Source: a virus (Duplodnaviria > Caudoviricetes). From it: a stretch of DNA of 64,000 bases. Position 1 is the stretch's first letter; every line of letters begins with the position of its first letter. Of the stretch, positions 18,824-27,724 are shown piece by piece. A program made the position numbers and the translations under genes. The notes beneath the pieces are model-generated. The model searched no databases. It was not told the origin of the DNA and saw nothing but the letters and a program-made list of their open reading frames with translations. The stretch is from IMG/VR virus record IMGVR_UViG_3300032319_000568, positions 1-64,000 of that record, one strand, 5' to 3'.

Positions 18824-19770
18824 AAAAACACTTAAGACTTTGTTATGGCGCAGACGATAGATTTGATTATGTTAAAGGTACTGTTATCGTATCAATAAAT
18901 CATTTTGATACGATAAGAATAGTGAACACCGGTCCTAAATATTTTGAAAAAAAACTCAAAGAAATATCCGATTCTGAGAAGTTACTAATCAATACTATTG
19001 ATCCTTTCTACGGAGATTTAGAACTAGTCAAAGGCAACTACTTAAAAGATATAGATGAAAATGATTGGTTTTTATGGTTGGATGCCGACGAAAGACCTTC
19101 ACAATCTTTATTGGATAACTTAGATAATATTATTGATGAATGTGAAAAATTGGGATATACGAAGTGTAGATTTCCGTGGTTACAACACGAAAAAGAAAAT
19201 GCGAATTGTACATTAGAATCGTATAATCATATATGCAAGTCTTTTCCAACCACTATTTTAGAATTTCACAAGACATCTGGTATATATGCTAAGGACGTTT
19301 TAATTAAAAAAATAAAAAATTTATCACCAAGTTCAAATTTCGGAGGTCACGGTTCATATACACCGGAAAATGATAAACATACCAATTACAAAAAATATAT
19401 AATAAATCATTATAAATCAAATCTAGCGAAGGAACAGTCATTAGTCTATTCAACGTGGTTTTTATCATTTATCAATGTAAATACAAACAATCAAAAAGAA
19501 TTTATAAACAATTCATGTTATCAATCATTGTTAAAATTTAGAAAAGAAAACGATGTAGTTTTACAAAATGACATGATTGAACGATTGAGATGTAATGATT
19601 TAGAGTTTAAAGAGAAACTTAAAAGTTTACTTTTATCCGATATTTTTAAAAATGCAACGGATTGGTATAGTTATTATTATCGGTGGGCAAGTATATATAA
19701 TTGTAGTGTAGAACCAGATACATTATATTGTGGAGGGGAATGTTGTAAATATAATAATATACAATTATGA
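18820..19770 (+). CDS. GT2-like glycosyltransferase
   Basis: WFLWLDADE DxD motif. Confidence 0.6.
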   Translation: MKKHLRLCYGADDRFDYVKGTVIVSINHFDTIRIVNTGPKYFEKKLKEISDSEKLLINTIDPFYGDLELVKGNYLKDIDENDWFLWLDADERPSQSLLDNLDNIIDECEKLGYTKCRFPWLQHEKENANCTLESYNHICKSFPTTILEFHKTSGIYAKDVLIKKIKNLSPSSNFGGHGSYTPENDKHTNYKKYIINHYKSNLAKEQSLVYSTWFLSFINVNTNNQKEFINNSCYQSLLKFRKENDVVLQNDMIERLRCNDLEFKEKLKSLLLSDIFKNATDWYSYYYRWASIYNCSVEPDTLYCGGECCKYNNIQL

Positions 19771-20837
19771 ACGTTTTATTTAGTTTTGAATGTAGTTGGA
19801 TGCCTATAAGAGCTACGACTCTTATTAATTTTTTAAAAAAAAGAGGACATGTCATAGATATTTTAACCACAACAGATACGTTTGATGGCAAAGCTGACAT
19901 TCGGTTTAACACAAATTATAAAAATATAAATGAGGTTAATTTAGAGATATATGATTTGTGGATTCATGATTTATTAAATTACGAAAAAATATCGGAAAAA
20001 AGTGATTTTAACTATTATATAAATAAATTCAAAAATAAGTTTGGAATTATCAATTATGATGATGGATGTGAATTTTTTGACTATAGATTGGAAAATCTAT
20101 CTAAAGTTGATATATGGGTAAATAATATATTATATAGAAATAGAAAAAAATATAACAATTATATTGCTAACAAATGTATGTTAGTACCGTCATATATTGA
20201 AGATAGCAATTCACACAATAAAATTTTAGAAAAAAACAAATCGTTCGTGCCATTTTCTAATAAAAAAGACAGAGTTTATTTTACGGGTACACTGACCGGA
20301 GGATTTCCGTGTTATGAACACAGATCTAATATTATATCAGAGGTTGACAAATTGGAAATTGAAAAGTTAATTCGTGTACATGGAAGTGAAAATCACGTCG
20401 TTTTGAAATGGTTTTATGATCATATAATTCCAATAAAATATAAAAAAGAAATGGTTAATTATGATGCATTTATAAATGAAATAAACAACTCAAAATTTGT
20501 ATTGTGTTTAAAGGGAAATGGTACGGATCCTACCCGTAGATATTTTGAAAGTTTATCATTTAATTGTTTATCTTTTGTTACGGAAAATAATTATACTGAA
20601 CATTTGTTAGAGTGTGAAGGGAACAAACATTATATAGGCATTAAATTAGATGCGTCAGATATAAATTCTAAAATAAATTATTATAATAATAATACACATG
20701 AGGCGAAAAAAATCGCTGATGCCGGATATAATTTTTGGAATGAAAATTATAGAATTTTTGAAGACGGATCGTTGAGTATACATATGGAAAATTATATCAT
20801 TGATAACTTTAATAAAATTGCTAGCATTAAATTATAA
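19767..20837 (+). CDS. GT47/GT90-like (exostosin-like) glycosyltransferase
   Basis: VYFTG, SKFVLCLKGNG...RYFESLSFNC. Confidence 0.6.
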   Translation: MNVLFSFECSWMPIRATTLINFLKKRGHVIDILTTTDTFDGKADIRFNTNYKNINEVNLEIYDLWIHDLLNYEKISEKSDFNYYINKFKNKFGIINYDDGCEFFDYRLENLSKVDIWVNNILYRNRKKYNNYIANKCMLVPSYIEDSNSHNKILEKNKSFVPFSNKKDRVYFTGTLTGGFPCYEHRSNIISEVDKLEIEKLIRVHGSENHVVLKWFYDHIIPIKYKKEMVNYDAFINEINNSKFVLCLKGNGTDPTRRYFESLSFNCLSFVTENNYTEHLLECEGNKHYIGIKLDASDINSKINYYNNNTHEAKKIADAGYNFWNENYRIFEDGSLSIHMENYIIDNFNKIASIKL

Positions 20838-21715
20838 TGATATTTGATTTAAAAGATCTAGATATAGAAATTTTAAAAAAATTCGACAGAGAATATAATT
20901 ACTTCAATCCGTCTCATTTTAATGGCAGAACTATCTTTCGTCGAGAAAGTAAGTTTGAAGATAAACTATTGGTCAGTGATATTGTAGATGAACACGATAT
21001 TGTTTTATTACAACACCACACAGATGACATGTATCTATGGAGTTACGAAGATGCTAGATTTATAAATGAATCTGAAATTAGCGTGTGTTGTTGTAAACGA
21101 GATAAGCATGATGTTGAAAAAATAATAAATGTTGAGTTTAAAAAGTATAATTTAACTACAAAAGAGTTTACACATTTTAAAACTCAAAATGCTCATTTTG
21201 AAAAACACTGGCAATTTTATAATGACAAGATAATTTATCATGTAAATCCATATACGATTATGGATAGTAATGAAAATATTATATACAAAAAACAAATTAA
21301 TTTACAACCTTGGATTGAAAAATATGGTAATCCTGGTTTGAGTACAAATGTCTTTGAAGTAGATGGTATTAAGTATTTACTGTTTCATAGTTATGTAACT
21401 CACAATGGAATTAATTTAAAATATTACGTTGGGATTTTAAAATTAAATGACGATTTAACTCCAATTGAATATTGCAGCGATCCACTTTTTGGCAGTGTAG
21501 AAGGTTATGAAAATCAAATATTTAGAAATTATTTCGATTGGAAAAGAAGATTAGACATAACTCCCACAATAGTTGATGTTATATTTCCTATGACAGTTAC
21601 AACCGACCATGATAATATTAATATATATTCTGGCATTAATGATTACGTGTGTCTAAAAATTGTAATTAATAAACAAAAATATATTGAAAATGTCAAATTT
21701 AGAATAATTGATTGA
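20837..21715 (+). CDS. GH130-like beta-propeller glycoside hydrolase/phosphorylase
   Basis: YFNPS, YEDARF, EKHW, VIFP motifs. Confidence 0.55.
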   Translation: MIFDLKDLDIEILKKFDREYNYFNPSHFNGRTIFRRESKFEDKLLVSDIVDEHDIVLLQHHTDDMYLWSYEDARFINESEISVCCCKRDKHDVEKIINVEFKKYNLTTKEFTHFKTQNAHFEKHWQFYNDKIIYHVNPYTIMDSNENIIYKKQINLQPWIEKYGNPGLSTNVFEVDGIKYLLFHSYVTHNGINLKYYVGILKLNDDLTPIEYCSDPLFGSVEGYENQIFRNYFDWKRRLDITPTIVDVIFPMTVTTDHDNINIYSGINDYVCLKIVINKQKYIENVKFRIID

Positions 21716-22604
21716 AAAAATTTAATAGATTTGTTTGATTTCTAGACATGATATCAAGATACATTTCACGACGTTGTTTATTTTTACCAATAGGATCGAA
21801 CGTTTTTAATTTATTTTTAAATTCCGTTGGATCTACATAAAAACTTTGTCTAAATGGATATAAGTTTGATACATTATCATTATCAAACAAATATTGCAAG
21901 TTAATATTTTTTGATGTAGGCAACATGTGAACTAACGAAGTGTCCAATTGTTCTTTGAATACCGGAATATCACTACATATAATTTCCGATCCAGTGGACA
22001 GTCCTTCGAATAAATAATGTCCCCAACTTTCATATAAACTAATACAAATGTGTGTCGAATGAGAATTTAACAATGTTATTATTTGATTTGTTGATTGGTA
22101 TGTGTTTACATGAGAAATATTATTTTTAGGACTATATCTATACTATGGATCTATGAGTGTTATTGGCAATTCTTGTTCTAATACTAATTCAGTATTTTTT
22201 TGTATTGATCGTCCCATGAAGTTCAAAAATTTATTAGTTTTTTGTATATCCGAACGATAATAGTCATGTGAAACAAATGGTAAACAAACGCAATTGCAAT
22301 GTGATTTTAGTAAATTGTATGCATACATTGATTTGCACACAACGAAGTTAAATTTTTTTAGATCCTCAAATGAACGATCAAACCATTCTTCATTAATAAA
22401 AAAAATGTTAAATTTAAAATTATCTAACATATTTGACTGGTAATTTTGAATCCAAATAGCAATATCAGATTTATAATTAAAATCGATTGTATCTAGAAAA
22501 GTAATATTAACATTCGTTGTTATTTTTTTAATTATATTCCTCAATAATATTGAGTCTGTTAAAATTCCAACATAATTATTAAAAGTCAATATATCACATT
22601 TCAT
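21699..22604 (-). pseudogene. GT4-like glycosyltransferase interrupted by one in-frame TAG (22143-22145)
   Basis: Track ORFs 22143-22604 and 21699-22073 share a frame: LIDP*YRYSPKNN...HICISLYESWGHY. Confidence 0.7.
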
Positions 22605-22616
22605 ACCTATACGTAT

Positions 22617-23294
22617 ATGTCACGTGTCATATTATTCAGCCATCATTACGTTAATGACAAAATTATTGAACGGTTTAATAATTTAATAAATTTAAATCCT
22701 ACATGGGATGTACATCCAATTGGATTTCAAGGATACAGTTTATTACCAAATTCTCTGATTGTTAATAAGGACAAATACCCTACAAATTTTGAATTAAGAG
22801 AGACACATCCAAATCATCATGTAGATTGGTTTGACCCGGATTTATTTATTTACGATGGCTTTTTACAATGCCCAAATTATGATGCATATTTTTTATATGA
22901 ATATGATACAATATGTAATATTCCCATTGATAAATTTTTTGACACAACTTTAGATTTTTTTGGTAACAATATCTCTAATCCGGCAAATGAGAATTGGGAA
23001 TGGGTGGAACGATATAGATTAACAAATAAAAATCATCATCATTTCAAAACATTATATGCATATGGTCAATCAACATGCATTTATTTTAAAAAACATATAT
23101 TAGAACAATGTGTAAATGAATTATTTACAAATAAACATTTATATAATAATATGTTGTCTGAACTCAGAGGTGGAACATTAGCTCAAAAATTTACAAATCT
23201 TAAAAAAGGAAGAGTTGATATAGATAAATTTATTACATGGCATCAAATAGATCCGTGTTTAACAGGTGAATATTTTTATCATCCTATGAAATAA
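22617..23294 (+). CDS. Putative glycosyltransferase
   Basis: YFLYEYD acidic motif, terminal YHPMK; cluster context. Confidence 0.5.
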   Translation: MSRVILFSHHYVNDKIIERFNNLINLNPTWDVHPIGFQGYSLLPNSLIVNKDKYPTNFELRETHPNHHVDWFDPDLFIYDGFLQCPNYDAYFLYEYDTICNIPIDKFFDTTLDFFGNNISNPANENWEWVERYRLTNKNHHHFKTLYAYGQSTCIYFKKHILEQCVNELFTNKHLYNNMLSELRGGTLAQKFTNLKKGRVDIDKFITWHQIDPCLTGEYFYHPMK

Positions 23295-23991
23295 TATTAA
23301 TATCTTTAATTCCAGAAGCATGTGCATTTAAATGCAATAATTTTACCGGATTTTTATTATCTTTTTCATAGATGCATGGAGGATGTGTGTATCCTGAATG
23401 TAATAATCTAGACGGATTATTTAATATATATTTATTAAAATGTGATTCATCGTGCCACAAAGCGATATAGTTATTTTTTAGATCAGTATTGATGTTTTCA
23501 TTTAATTCTTCCGACATTTTTATAAAAATATGTGAAGATGATCCAAAAAAACAAGCTTGGCAATATTTTCCATATAGTTCATCCGTTACTTCTACATATG
23601 CGGTTGATTGTGTGTTTGTTTCATATGTACCGGTAGAATTTTCCAAGTAGAAATGTTTTGTAGCAATCATTTCATTATTTGATGGTAGTATTTCTTCATC
23701 TATGAATGAATGAACCAACATATCACAATCAATATAATAAACATAATCGAATGTTTTTAATATGTTTGATATATTAGTAAAATAAAAAAATCTCATTAAA
23801 GTGGTAATCGGCCACGGCAAATGATTGATTTTAATTACATTTGTATTTGTATAATTTATATCTACGTCTGTAAATACAAATAATGTTTTATCATGATTTG
23901 GTAAAAACTTTAAAAATATACTTTTATGTAGTGGTTCTAAAAATGAAGTATATTTGCTTGTTGCAATTGTTAATAATGCTATTTTTGCCAT
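23284..23991 (-). CDS. GT6 (ABO-like) glycosyltransferase
   Basis: IATSKY, FVFTD, WP..TLMRF, YIDCDM, WHDESHFNKY. Confidence 0.85.
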   Translation of the reverse strand: MAKIALLTIATSKYTSFLEPLHKSIFLKFLPNHDKTLFVFTDVDINYTNTNVIKINHLPWPITTLMRFFYFTNISNILKTFDYVYYIDCDMLVHSFIDEEILPSNNEMIATKHFYLENSTGTYETNTQSTAYVEVTDELYGKYCQACFFGSSSHIFIKMSEELNENINTDLKNNYIALWHDESHFNKYILNNPSRLLHSGYTHPPCIYEKDNKNPVKLLHLNAHASGIKDINIIS

Positions 23992-24704
23992 AAATCAAAT
24001 GTTTTGATTTTTTCCTTGTATTCTTGATATTTCCATCCTGTAAAATGATAAATGTACCCTTCCATAACAGAAGAATCTAATGGTGGATCTATATAATTCC
24101 ACTCTTTTGGTATGTAAACTAGTTTGTTTTTCAAATATCCCATCATTGCATAATTAAGAAGTGCTTGTTCCACTTGATGAATTTGCTTATATTCGTTTGA
24201 AATTAGAGACAGTGAATTTATTATTTTGTCAAATATGTATATATGAGTTTTCGGAGTAAACATAAACACACCCGCATTAAAAAATCCATTACAATATTCG
24301 TTGTGATCCAGATCAATTTTTAATGCATTTTTACATTGATCGTACCAAGGACTGCATAATTGTACTTTTTTAAAATCATTCTTCACTTCATCTGATAAAA
24401 AAGATTGCTGCATGTCTTTAACAACATATACATTATTAATATCTACGAATTTTTCAAATGGATTTGGCGAGTCATGTTTTATGACAATATCTGTATCTAA
24501 ATACAGACACCGATCAAAATTTATTACCTGATGTGGCAAATAAAATTTTGTAAACATATCATGAAATCCATCTGGTTGAAGTGATGTTTCTATGCGTATA
24601 TATTTACAATTCCAATTCTTGCACGCTTGCTCAATACTTTCTTCAACATTCTGAGAAATATTATATGGGTTATTTTTTGTATTAAACGAAACAATAACAT
24701 TCAT
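23979..24704 (-). CDS. GT8-like glycosyltransferase
   Basis: YLDTDI, FNAGVFMF, EQALLN, IYHFTG. Confidence 0.8.
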   Translation of the reverse strand: MNVIVSFNTKNNPYNISQNVEESIEQACKNWNCKYIRIETSLQPDGFHDMFTKFYLPHQVINFDRCLYLDTDIVIKHDSPNPFEKFVDINNVYVVKDMQQSFLSDEVKNDFKKVQLCSPWYDQCKNALKIDLDHNEYCNGFFNAGVFMFTPKTHIYIFDKIINSLSLISNEYKQIHQVEQALLNYAMMGYLKNKLVYIPKEWNYIDPPLDSSVMEGYIYHFTGWKYQEYKEKIKTFDLWQK

Positions 24705-24715
24705 AAAAAATATAT

Positions 24716-25429
24716 ATGTCTATGAATATTCAAGATTGGAAAAACTTAGTAGATGTGGAACTATCTCATTGGAATCATGTTTTTTATAAATACACAACAG
24801 ATACAAATTCATATTTACATCAATATGTTAAAAAACGTTTGGATATAGAATTGCCATTACATAAAAATGTTCAATCATTGGTAGATTTAATAGATAAAAT
24901 AGAAATAACAATTTTAGATGTAGGATCCGGTCCGGTTCCATTTTTAGGAAGAAAATCTACAAAAAATATAAAATTAACAGCAGTAGATTATTTAGCAAAA
25001 AATTATTATGAATTGTATAATCAATATAATGTTTATCCGCCAACAATTCCGTTACCTATAGATGCATCGGAGTTATCATTGACTTTTAAAAATAATTCAT
25101 TCGACATTGTTTATGCTAGAAACAGCATTGACCACACATTCAACCCAATTAAATGCATTCAGGAAATGGTGAATGTTTCTAATAAATATGTTATTTTAGA
25201 ACACAAAATAAATGAAGGTATGATTGAAAATTATCAAGGATTACATAATTGGAATTTTTTTATTAAAGACTCGGAATTTTATATTGGTAATAAATATGGA
25301 GAGGAAGTTTGTGTGAATGAGCATCTACCAAATTCAACAATTAATTGTCAATTGACTACTGAAGAAGAAGAACAAATTGATGATTGGTTAGTAGTTATTA
25401 TTTCTCAAAATAAATTAAAGAATCTCTAA
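24716..25429 (+). CDS. Class I SAM-dependent methyltransferase
   Basis: ILDVGSGP, ARNSIDH. Confidence 0.85.
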   Translation: MSMNIQDWKNLVDVELSHWNHVFYKYTTDTNSYLHQYVKKRLDIELPLHKNVQSLVDLIDKIEITILDVGSGPVPFLGRKSTKNIKLTAVDYLAKNYYELYNQYNVYPPTIPLPIDASELSLTFKNNSFDIVYARNSIDHTFNPIKCIQEMVNVSNKYVILEHKINEGMIENYQGLHNWNFFIKDSEFYIGNKYGEEVCVNEHLPNSTINCQLTTEEEEQIDDWLVVIISQNKLKNL

Positions 25430-25967
25430 AATTTGGTAATATATCTTTTAAATTTTTAAAATTCAAACTATTCATCATATTGATTGTGTGTTGTTCATTG
25501 TTATAATACCAATTTCCACATTTATCTTTTGTGTTTATATGTTTTAATTTAAAATTACGATTCCAATTAGCAAACATAATAACTCCATTACTTCCTGATT
25601 TCATTTTTTTGTAAATATTTTTCATATATTCTTCACACGCATGTTTACTAAAATGACAAAACGTTCCAAAACTCCATACAAAATCTATCGAGTTATCCTC
25701 GATGTTCGTGCAATAATAATTTTTTGAATCTACCTCTATATATTTAATATTGTCATTTAATTTAAATGTTGGTGATATAACATCTATACAGTGAATTAAT
25801 TTATAATTCGGGGAGAGATAGTTAGTAGTCCACATGCCACCACCACAACCAATTTCTAATACGTCGTGATCCTTGTTATAAAATGGTAAAAGGCAGTTTT
25901 TAACAATTTCTTGTTCTGCATTGTATTCGTATCCTTTCCAATCTTCGTAATAACCATAACCAAACAT
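25398..25967 (-). CDS. Class I SAM-dependent methyltransferase
   Basis: VLEIGCGGG, CIDV, IDFVWSFGTFCH. Confidence 0.85.
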   Translation of the reverse strand: MFGYGYYEDWKGYEYNAEQEIVKNCLLPFYNKDHDVLEIGCGGGMWTTNYLSPNYKLIHCIDVISPTFKLNDNIKYIEVDSKNYYCTNIEDNSIDFVWSFGTFCHFSKHACEEYMKNIYKKMKSGSNGVIMFANWNRNFKLKHINTKDKCGNWYYNNEQHTINMMNSLNFKNLKDILPNFRDSLIYFEK

Positions 25968-26024
25968 TTTAATAAAATCCGATTTTCAATGTCATCTATA
26001 AAAATATCATTCATACATATATAT

Positions 26025-26957
26025 ATGAAGATTTTGTTTATTGTTCATCGAACATATCCTTACAACGGAGGATCAGAATATAATGTTAAATTAATAAGCG
26101 AGGGTTTGGCAAATATAGGATTTGATGTATCGGTGTTAACAGACGTTTCAAATGGAAATTATGGAAAAGTGCGGGTTGTAAATGATAGAAATTTATTGTT
26201 CTCAAATGAATATGATTGGATTATTATTCACGGTAACGATATGCCTATTCAAGATTATGCGTTAAATAATATTACTAAGATTAAATCTAAGATTTTGTAT
26301 TGGATAATAAAACCGTCGGACAGTGAAAGTGCAATTAATGGGTTTAAATATGCGACTGCAGTTGGTTGGGGCACATCATATGATTATAAACACATAATCA
26401 AATATGATTGTTTAAACAAAGCAAAATATATAAGATATGCATCTGATATACAAAACTCCGTCGGCGCCAAATCAAATAATAAATTTAGATATTTTTGTAG
26501 TTCAGGCGGATTTGGTCATCATAAGAGATTCGATGAGTTGATACAAACATTTCTAGATTCAAATATACCCAATACAAAATTGATACTAACTGGTTATATA
26601 GGAGACAAACCAAATATTAGTAATGATAATATTATGATATACTCCATAGATAACAGATCAGATTATTTAAATATTTTGGCTAATGCTGATTTATATATAA
26701 TGAATAGTATTGATGAAGGGTTTGGGTTGGTATTGTTAGATGCCATGATCAATAGAGTTCCGTGGATATCAAGAAACATTGCAGGCGCAACTGACATGAT
26801 GGAATATGGAAACGTATATTCGGATTTAGAAAAATTAAAATTTTTAATGCAGAATTTTAGTCCCGATATAGAAAAAATAGAAAATTCATATAAATATGTT
26901 TTAAACGAACGATCCACATGTTCCATGATTAAAGATTTTGAATATATCTTCAAATAA
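26025..26957 (+). CDS. GT4-like glycosyltransferase
   Basis: GGSE, KRFDELI, NSIDEGFGLVLLDAM; ATG 26025 preferred to track start 25911. Confidence 0.85.
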   Translation: MKILFIVHRTYPYNGGSEYNVKLISEGLANIGFDVSVLTDVSNGNYGKVRVVNDRNLLFSNEYDWIIIHGNDMPIQDYALNNITKIKSKILYWIIKPSDSESAINGFKYATAVGWGTSYDYKHIIKYDCLNKAKYIRYASDIQNSVGAKSNNKFRYFCSSGGFGHHKRFDELIQTFLDSNIPNTKLILTGYIGDKPNISNDNIMIYSIDNRSDYLNILANADLYIMNSIDEGFGLVLLDAMINRVPWISRNIAGATDMMEYGNVYSDLEKLKFLMQNFSPDIEKIENSYKYVLNERSTCSMIKDFEYIFK

Positions 26958-26974
26958 ACAATATTTATAAGTAT

Positions 26975-27508
26975 ATGTCTAAACTACAAGAATTGGGAGA
27001 TACCGGCGACAGAATGATGCAAGGTCTACCATTTACACAAGGAGGAGCTGTTTCTGGTGCTTCTGATGTATCAACTTTTGCAAGTCCTGATGTATCACAG
27101 AACCCTGACAATTTTGACACATTAACCGATAAAAGCAATCTTGTTGTGGGTGCTAAGGATTCAATGTCAAAAATATCTCCATTTGGACCTTATACTGGCC
27201 AAAATCCAAGAGATTATGTGGGAGATGTTGAAAAAATCAAATACAAAGTTACTCCGGACGAAGTACTTGTTGGAATTGATTACGAAATGAAGAAGTTAGT
27301 ATTAAAGGATAAACAAGTGGCTAAACAAAACGTTGTTAACAATCTTAAAAAAGATCGTCAATATTACAGTAAGTTACATATGTTAGATATTAACGACGAC
27401 GATGAAATCACAACTCCACAAGATTATCGTACTCCACAAGAAAAGGCAATTGGGGAAATAATGAGAGATTTACATGAAAAGAAGAAACAACGTAGAAATT
27501 GGAGTTAA
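26975..27508 (+). CDS. Hypothetical protein with degenerate DUF5661-like domain
   Basis: GIDYEM...NLKKDRQYYSKL parallels GIQIEMEH...DHL...YYSKL in 27717. Confidence 0.6.
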   Translation: MSKLQELGDTGDRMMQGLPFTQGGAVSGASDVSTFASPDVSQNPDNFDTLTDKSNLVVGAKDSMSKISPFGPYTGQNPRDYVGDVEKIKYKVTPDEVLVGIDYEMKKLVLKDKQVAKQNVVNNLKKDRQYYSKLHMLDINDDDEITTPQDYRTPQEKAIGEIMRDLHEKKKQRRNWS

Positions 27509-27520
27509 TATTTATTAAAT

Positions 27521-27724
27521 ATGAGAAATTTTGCTAAAGACGGTCCTCCCAAATATCATAAACCAGATCCACTTCATAAAGGATGGCATTATATCGGCGA
27601 TGGTAAATTTCACGATCCCACTTTGGGAAGTGATGCAATGCGAGGTCGTAGATGGATGATTGATCCAAGTGTGGGAAACGGTAAAAGCTTTTCAAAATTT
27701 CAACAAGGAATAAAAAATGATTAA
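27521..27724 (+). CDS. Hypothetical protein
   Basis: ORF preceded by ATATTTATT motif; overlaps next gene. Confidence 0.55.
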   Translation: MRNFAKDGPPKYHKPDPLHKGWHYIGDGKFHDPTLGSDAMRGRRWMIDPSVGNGKSFSKFQQGIKND

